A stretch of 64,000 bases of DNA from a virus, in the IMG/VR virus record IMGVR_UViG_3300032053_000025, positions 24,622 to 88,621 of that record, one strand, 5' to 3'. A model generated the notes under the pieces. The model was given only the letters and a program-made list of their open reading frames with translations. It did not search any database and was not told where the DNA came from. Positions 59,166-64,000 of this stretch are shown here, in pieces; position 1 is the stretch's first letter, and the number at the start of each line of letters is the position of its first letter. The position numbers and the translations under genes were made by a program.

Positions 59166-59756
59166 ATGGATGAGAATAATGGATTAAATGCTTCAGAGAC
59201 AGATTATAAGTTTATGGTTTATTTGGTGGGTAGTATGGAAAAAACTACTGCAAATGATGACGGTACGGCCCAGCGGGTTGAAGTGGAAAAAGAATTATTA
59301 TTAAGAAATATTTTTCCTATTAATCCCGTTAAATTAGAGGCAATTAAAACAGGCAGACCCACAGATGAAATGAAAGAAAAAATGAGGGGATGGATAGCCT
59401 CGGGCAATTGGGAATTGTTTAAAGAAGCTTCTTATGAGATATGGAAAGGTCGGGATATTATCACCGAAGATAGTAATTTATATCATGTTCCTGGAGATAT
59501 TGATTATGTTGCTATGTCAGATTTTATTATTTTTACATATCATAAAGGATCAAAACCATGCGGATCTTTCGGCGAGAGTTATGATTGTATGAGGCAAGGC
59601 AAACCTATTTATTTAGTCACAGATTTTTTAAAGGCAGAGTTGCCTGTAAGTTTGCTTCAATGGATTATGGTTTCAGAAGGAGAAGTATTTAATTCATTGT
59701 CAAAATTGTTAGATTTTATCGATAAAAAATATAAATTGCACAGGAAGGAGAAATAA
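59166..59756 (+). CDS. nucleoside 2-deoxyribosyltransferase-like protein
   Basis: VYLVGSM, INP, D..V..SDFII, GSFGE, GKPIY. Confidence 0.65.
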   Translation: MDENNGLNASETDYKFMVYLVGSMEKTTANDDGTAQRVEVEKELLLRNIFPINPVKLEAIKTGRPTDEMKEKMRGWIASGNWELFKEASYEIWKGRDIITEDSNLYHVPGDIDYVAMSDFIIFTYHKGSKPCGSFGESYDCMRQGKPIYLVTDFLKAELPVSLLQWIMVSEGEVFNSLSKLLDFIDKKYKLHRKEK

Positions 59757-60085
59757 TGGAGTTTGAAACTTACCAATATTTTGCTCGTAAAACTGCGGTA
59801 TTTCCCAAAGAATTCACAGTTATATATCCTGCAATGGGGGTAGCAAGTGAGTCTGGAGAATGTTTAGAGAAAATTAAAAAACAATTAAGAGATAAAAACT
59901 GTAATTGGGAAGATGTTGAGTTTAAAGAAAAAGTTGCAAAAGAAATGGGAGATGTATTATGGTATCTTGCTAATCTTGCTGAAGATTTAGGGATGAATTT
60001 AAATGATATTGCAGAACTCAATTTAAAAAAACTTAAAGATAGGCAGGATAGAGGAGTATTAAAAGGGGAAGGAGATAATAGATAA
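59756..60085 (+). CDS. MazG-like NTP pyrophosphohydrolase
   Basis: YQ..A.KTA, GVASESGE..EKIKK, KEMGDVLWY, N..KL.DR..RG...G.GDNR. Confidence 0.9.
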   Translation: MEFETYQYFARKTAVFPKEFTVIYPAMGVASESGECLEKIKKQLRDKNCNWEDVEFKEKVAKEMGDVLWYLANLAEDLGMNLNDIAELNLKKLKDRQDRGVLKGEGDNR

Positions 60086-60456
60086 TGAAAAATTTTGACA
60101 AGGTACAAGATAGCGGTAACCGCCGGGAATTTAATACCGGAAGTGTAAGAGATACCCGGGAGGGTAAGGGTAGGTTTGATTTAATTACCCCCATAGGGCT
60201 TAAAAGATTGGCCAAGCACTATGAAAATGGTGCAAAAAAATATGGGGATCGAAATTGGGAAAAAGGTCAACCATTATCTTGTTATTTAGATTCGCTTATT
60301 AGGCATGCCTATTGTTTATTGGAGGGAAAAAAAGACGAAGATCATGCCGCAGCTATAGCATGGAATGCTTTAGCCTATATACATACAGAAGAAATGATAA
60401 GTCAAGAAAAACTGCCCAAAGAATTAGACGATATGCCTATGAATAAAAAGGAGTAA
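60085..60456 (+). CDS. dATP/dGTP diphosphohydrolase domain protein (DUF5664)
   Basis: TGSVRD..GKGRFDL, GAKKYGDRNWEKG, DS.IRH, EDHAAAIAWN. Confidence 0.85.
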   Translation: MKNFDKVQDSGNRREFNTGSVRDTREGKGRFDLITPIGLKRLAKHYENGAKKYGDRNWEKGQPLSCYLDSLIRHAYCLLEGKKDEDHAAAIAWNALAYIHTEEMISQEKLPKELDDMPMNKKE

Positions 60457-60459
60457 ACA

Positions 60460-60807
60460 ATGTCTCGCCCAGAAGTATTGCAAGGATATACCACTAAGGT
60501 TAAAACTGGATGTGGGGCCTTATTTTTAACTATTAATTTTGACCAAGATAGGCCTTTTGAGATATTTCTCAATTCGTCAAAGTTAGGAGGTTGCTCGGGC
60601 AACCAAAATGCTATTGCAAGACTATTAACTTTATGTTTTAAAAATAATGTTTCTATCGAAGATATTGTAGATCAATTGCAAGGAATTTCTTGTCCTGCCT
60701 GTACAAGGGCCAAGGCAAAATTGGGAAAAGACGAGATTGTGGATTACCCCACTTCCTGTCCTGACGCAGTGGCTAGATTTATCAAGAAAATGGTGAAACA
60801 TGATTAA
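60460..60807 (+). CDS. stand-alone TSCPD domain (class II RNR C-terminal)
   Basis: RPEVL.G.T.KVKTGCG.L..TIN, PFEIF, KLGGC, QL.GI.C, TSCPDAVA. Confidence 0.88.
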   Translation: MSRPEVLQGYTTKVKTGCGALFLTINFDQDRPFEIFLNSSKLGGCSGNQNAIARLLTLCFKNNVSIEDIVDQLQGISCPACTRAKAKLGKDEIVDYPTSCPDAVARFIKKMVKHD

Positions 60808-60946
60808 ATCTTATCCTATAAATAGCTCAATCGGTGAATCCTGGTGGCAGGATGAGGAAACTATTGGAGATAGGCAATTTAAAGATATAATGGATTCATT
60901 AGGCATATTGATGAACGCATATATGCTCCACTACTAAGGAATCTTA

Positions 60947-61693
60947 ATGGATAACAATATTCAATTATATTTAGGAGATTGTTTAAAAATTATGCCTTCT
61001 TTGGCAGATAAATCTATAGATATGATTCTATGTGACCTCCCTTACGGAACGACTGCTTGTAAGTGGGATACTATAATTCCATTTGAACCTCTATGGGAGC
61101 AATATAAGAGAATTATTAAAGATAATGGGGCGATAGTATTAACTGCGAGCCAACCTTTTACGAGTGCTTTGGTGATGAGTAATGTGAAGATGTTTAAGTA
61201 TGAGTGGATATGGGAGAAACACAAAGGAACTAATTTTTTTGCAGTAAAAAGAGAACCACTTAAAATACACGAGTCGGTTTTAGTTTTTGGGGGCAAAAAG
61301 TATAACCCACAAATGATAGATGGGAAATCGTATAAACCAAGAGGTTCACACAATATAGTTAGAAGTCATAGCATTGTAAATGCCAATAAGAACATAGGAT
61401 ATTCAAAAGAATTTGACCCGTCTAAAAGATACCCTGTATCAATTCAAAAATTTTCTAATCATAATCAGAAAGAAAATTGTTTCCACCCCACCCAAAAGCC
61501 AGTAGCCCTATTTGAGTATCTTATCAAAACCTACACCAACGAAGGGGACTTAGTTTTAGATAATTGTATGGGGTCGGGAACCACTGGGGTTGCCTGTAAG
61601 AATCTCAACTGTAAATTCATAGGTATAGAAATGGATGAAAATTATATGAAGATAGCCACTGAAAGAATTAAAAATACCATTAAAGGAGTATAA
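60947..61693 (+). CDS. N6-A/N4-C DNA methyltransferase (beta class)
   Basis: GDCL, DLPYG, HPTQKP, LDNCMGSGTT. Confidence 0.93.
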   Translation: MDNNIQLYLGDCLKIMPSLADKSIDMILCDLPYGTTACKWDTIIPFEPLWEQYKRIIKDNGAIVLTASQPFTSALVMSNVKMFKYEWIWEKHKGTNFFAVKREPLKIHESVLVFGGKKYNPQMIDGKSYKPRGSHNIVRSHSIVNANKNIGYSKEFDPSKRYPVSIQKFSNHNQKENCFHPTQKPVALFEYLIKTYTNEGDLVLDNCMGSGTTGVACKNLNCKFIGIEMDENYMKIATERIKNTIKGV

Positions 61694-62706
61694 TGGAACA
61701 AAAAATAATACTCGTGGATTTCGGGCATTTCCAGCACACGGCCATATTTGCTAAAGCCTCCGCCATAAGGCGGCAAGAAGACATGGCTTTAACCAATCCT
61801 CAATTAGCTGAGCAAATGTTAGTTTTACCTTCTACTTATACATCTATGATGATGATTTTAACTGTTTTATCTAAGGTAGGTGTAAACTGCGATGTCGACG
61901 ATAAAATAATTATATGCTGTGATGGCAGGCACTCATGGCGAAAAAATTTAGAAATTCAATATAAATTTATGAGGCAAACTGTAAGGGAGCAATGTACTGA
62001 AGTAAATTGGCTTAATGAATATGAATATCAAAACCAACTTCTACACACAATCGACGATAATACACCATTCTTCGTTATTCATGGACACGAAGGCTTAGAA
62101 GCCGATGATTGGATTGCTGAAGCTTGCAGAGTATTCAAAGACCAAGAAGTTGTAATTATAGGTAGAGATAGTGATTATCATCAATTATTAAATTTAGATA
62201 ATGTTAAAATTTATAATCCTCATGGTTCAGCAAAGAAATGTCCGTATAAAATTTTATCCTTAAATAGGGAGAAGGAAAAACAATTAGCATATAAATCCCT
62301 TATTCATAAAATTAAAAAAGAAGCTACAGATGGTTTAACTTCAGAAGTATTAACCGAAAAAGAAAATCAAATTAGAAGGCAGATTGTATCTTTATTGGAG
62401 TTACCTCAAGATATTGTAGATAGAATGAGACCTACTTTGGAAGATATTGGAAGGTCAACCAAAGAACATTTGAATTTAGAAGCATTCACTCCAGGTATAA
62501 GAAAATTATTCCCCAAGATTTGGGATGAAAAATATAAAATAACATACCATGATTGTTATCAGAGATTGGTTAATAAGCAGTTAAGGGAAGATAAAAAGAA
62601 GGCTAAATTAAAAGAGGATAAAAAGAAAGCTAAACTAAAGGAGAAATTATGTATGTTACAGGGGGCTTCGGAAATCAATGGACAGGCGACGAAGCAATTG
62701 ATTTAG
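61693..62706 (+). CDS. 5'-3' exonuclease / T4 RNase H-like
   Basis: ILVD, CCDG.SWRK..YK..R, LEADD, DSDYHQL. Confidence 0.85.
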   Translation: MEQKIILVDFGHFQHTAIFAKASAIRRQEDMALTNPQLAEQMLVLPSTYTSMMMILTVLSKVGVNCDVDDKIIICCDGRHSWRKNLEIQYKFMRQTVREQCTEVNWLNEYEYQNQLLHTIDDNTPFFVIHGHEGLEADDWIAEACRVFKDQEVVIIGRDSDYHQLLNLDNVKIYNPHGSAKKCPYKILSLNREKEKQLAYKSLIHKIKKEATDGLTSEVLTEKENQIRRQIVSLLELPQDIVDRMRPTLEDIGRSTKEHLNLEAFTPGIRKLFPKIWDEKYKITYHDCYQRLVNKQLREDKKKAKLKEDKKKAKLKEKLCMLQGASEINGQATKQLI

Positions 62707-62829
62707 TTATTTTGAGGATAGGATATAATAAAGAAGACCGAAGTTTGTATTTTACTTTGGGTGCGTTTGGAGTTGGATTTTCTATAGAGATAAACTTTGA
62801 GGAGGAGTAAAATAAAAAGGAGGAATAAA

Positions 62830-62994
62830 ATGGAAGATTTTATAAGAGGTATAGTAGTTGCTCATGAGAATGGATTAATGAGTCCTGCTTTAGCATCGTT
62901 TTATATCCGAATGAAAGCAGAATCCGAAGTGGACGGACTTGGGGTGAGTATGGCCGAATTAGAAATGATCGCTAAGAGAAATAAAGTATATTAA
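62830..62994 (+). CDS. hypothetical protein
   Basis: ATG after AGGAGG. Confidence 0.5.
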   Translation: MEDFIRGIVVAHENGLMSPALASFYIRMKAESEVDGLGVSMAELEMIAKRNKVY

Positions 62995-63006
62995 AAGGAG
63001 GATTAA

Positions 63007-63264
63007 GTGGAACTAAAAGAAGTATTAGCAAAAATAATAGCAATCATAGCAGAAGTAAAAGAAGCAGGATTAGATACAATCAAGCAAGAAATGAAATTAG
63101 ACGAATTGGGCATTGATATGCTTGATGGTACAGAAATTGCATTAATGTTGGAAGATGAGTTTCAACTTTCTATTCCCGTTGATGATGCTGAGGAGTGGAA
63201 AACTGTAATGGATATGGTTAATTATATTCAGGCTAGACAGAATAACGAATCTCCACATAATTAA
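63007..63264 (+). CDS. acpP: acyl carrier protein homolog lacking the phosphopantetheine Ser
   Basis: IIAE..ELGIDMLD.TEI.LMLEDEF..SIP.DDAE..KTV.D.VNYI; canonical DSL is DML. Confidence 0.8.
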   Translation: MELKEVLAKIIAIIAEVKEAGLDTIKQEMKLDELGIDMLDGTEIALMLEDEFQLSIPVDDAEEWKTVMDMVNYIQARQNNESPHN

Positions 63265-63297
63265 ATATTGAAATTTCAAGTTGAAAGGAGGAATCAT

Positions 63298-63411
63298 ATG
63301 GATGAAAAAGTAGTCGAGGTTAAGGAAGAAGTGAAAGTAAAAAGAGGAAGAGGCAGGCCTTCGGGATCTAAAAATAAGAAAGGAACTAAGGCGAATCCTA
63401 TAGTCGCCTAA
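63298..63411 (+). CDS. 37-aa AT-hook peptide
   Basis: AAGGAGG RBS; KRGRGRPSGSKNK. Confidence 0.65.
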   Translation: MDEKVVEVKEEVKVKRGRGRPSGSKNKKGTKANPIVA

Positions 63412-63634
63412 TCTAACGATTAATTAACAGTAATCTACCGATTAAAGGAGAAATAAATTGGATAACAAAACGATTAAAAATATAGCCATAGCAGTTGGGG
63501 CTATAGTGATAGGGTTGTTTTTGGTTATGGGCAGGCATTATGTAGTGTTGGTATTGGAATTGATATGTGCAGGAGTATATTTCGGTACCGATATATTTAA
63601 CAAATAAAAGCAAAATAAACAAGGAGGATTATAA

Positions 63635-64000
63635 GTGCTATTATTGAGGATAGGTAAGACAAAATTGGAATGTAAAAAGCAGGATAACACGGTAAAGCAG
63701 TTTAAGGCTAATGCGGCATCTATTGCTAAAGCCAAATCTGATTTTAAGATTGGAGATGCAATATTCTGCAAGTTTGATCCTACAACGTTCGAGATTATTG
63801 AAATTAGCAAGCCTGAAGCCAAAGGTACTTATAATGGCGGAAAAGGTGGCTATAATGGGAAGAAATCCTTTGGAGGAACCTATAATACTAAGCCTATGGT
63901 ATTTGGAAGTGTACTCAATCTAATTTCAAATTTTGTTGAGGCTAAGGTAATTAAGACTGTAAAAGAAGCTAAAGAAGCCATAACTGAGCTTATGGCTCAG
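63635..64000 (+). CDS. hypothetical protein (3' truncated)
   Basis: GTG after AAGGAGG; frame open to window end; Gly-rich linker. Confidence 0.55.
   Translation, partial: MLLLRIGKTKLECKKQDNTVKQFKANAASIAKAKSDFKIGDAIFCKFDPTTFEIIEISKPEAKGTYNGGKGGYNGKKSFGGTYNTKPMVFGSVLNLISNFVEAKVIKTVKEAKEAITELMAQ

Noticed and set aside
59756-60456. Diaminopurine (Z) or 7-deazaguanine genome
   Set aside because: No PurZ, Que or DpdA genes in the window; these hydrolases alone are not diagnostic
62584-62643. 27-nt tandem repeat EDKKKAKLK in exonuclease tail
   Set aside because: Simple local duplication in a low-complexity C-terminus
1-64000. Alternative genetic code (stop recoding)
   Set aside because: The two internal stops are different codons (TAA, TAG) and TAA, TAG and TGA all end tightly packed genes normally

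Overview
AT-rich fragment of a large tailed dsDNA phage genome (siphovirus-like: tail tube and tape measure, no sheath; standard genetic code), truncated at both ends. 1-10.8 kb (+): sugar-modification cluster (PIG-L deacetylase, WbqC-methyltransferase fusion, FkbM, two GT2, Maf/sialyltransferase-like) mixed with DNA ligase, an intein-containing metallophosphoesterase and an RNA ligase. 10.9-43.7 kb (-): a continuous morphogenesis module (terminases, ChaB-fused portal, fibre proteins, glycosyltransferase, Zn-ribbon protease/scaffold, capsid, tail). 43.75-44.75 kb (-): an ORF-free, densely base-paired ~1 kb unit with its own consensus promoter and terminator, directly upstream of the packaging genes; this candidate giant structured ncRNA or late-operon leader is the strongest novel signal. 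45.6-48.4 kb: divergent AT-rich control/origin-like region. 48.4-64 kb (+): early/replication genes (beta-clamp fragment, RuvB-like, tyrosine recombinase, collagen protein, several small structured RNA candidates, nucleotide-pool enzymes, DNA MTase, 5'-3' exonuclease, an acyl carrier protein lacking its phosphopantetheine serine). All calls come from reading motifs by eye; no searches or folding programs were run.
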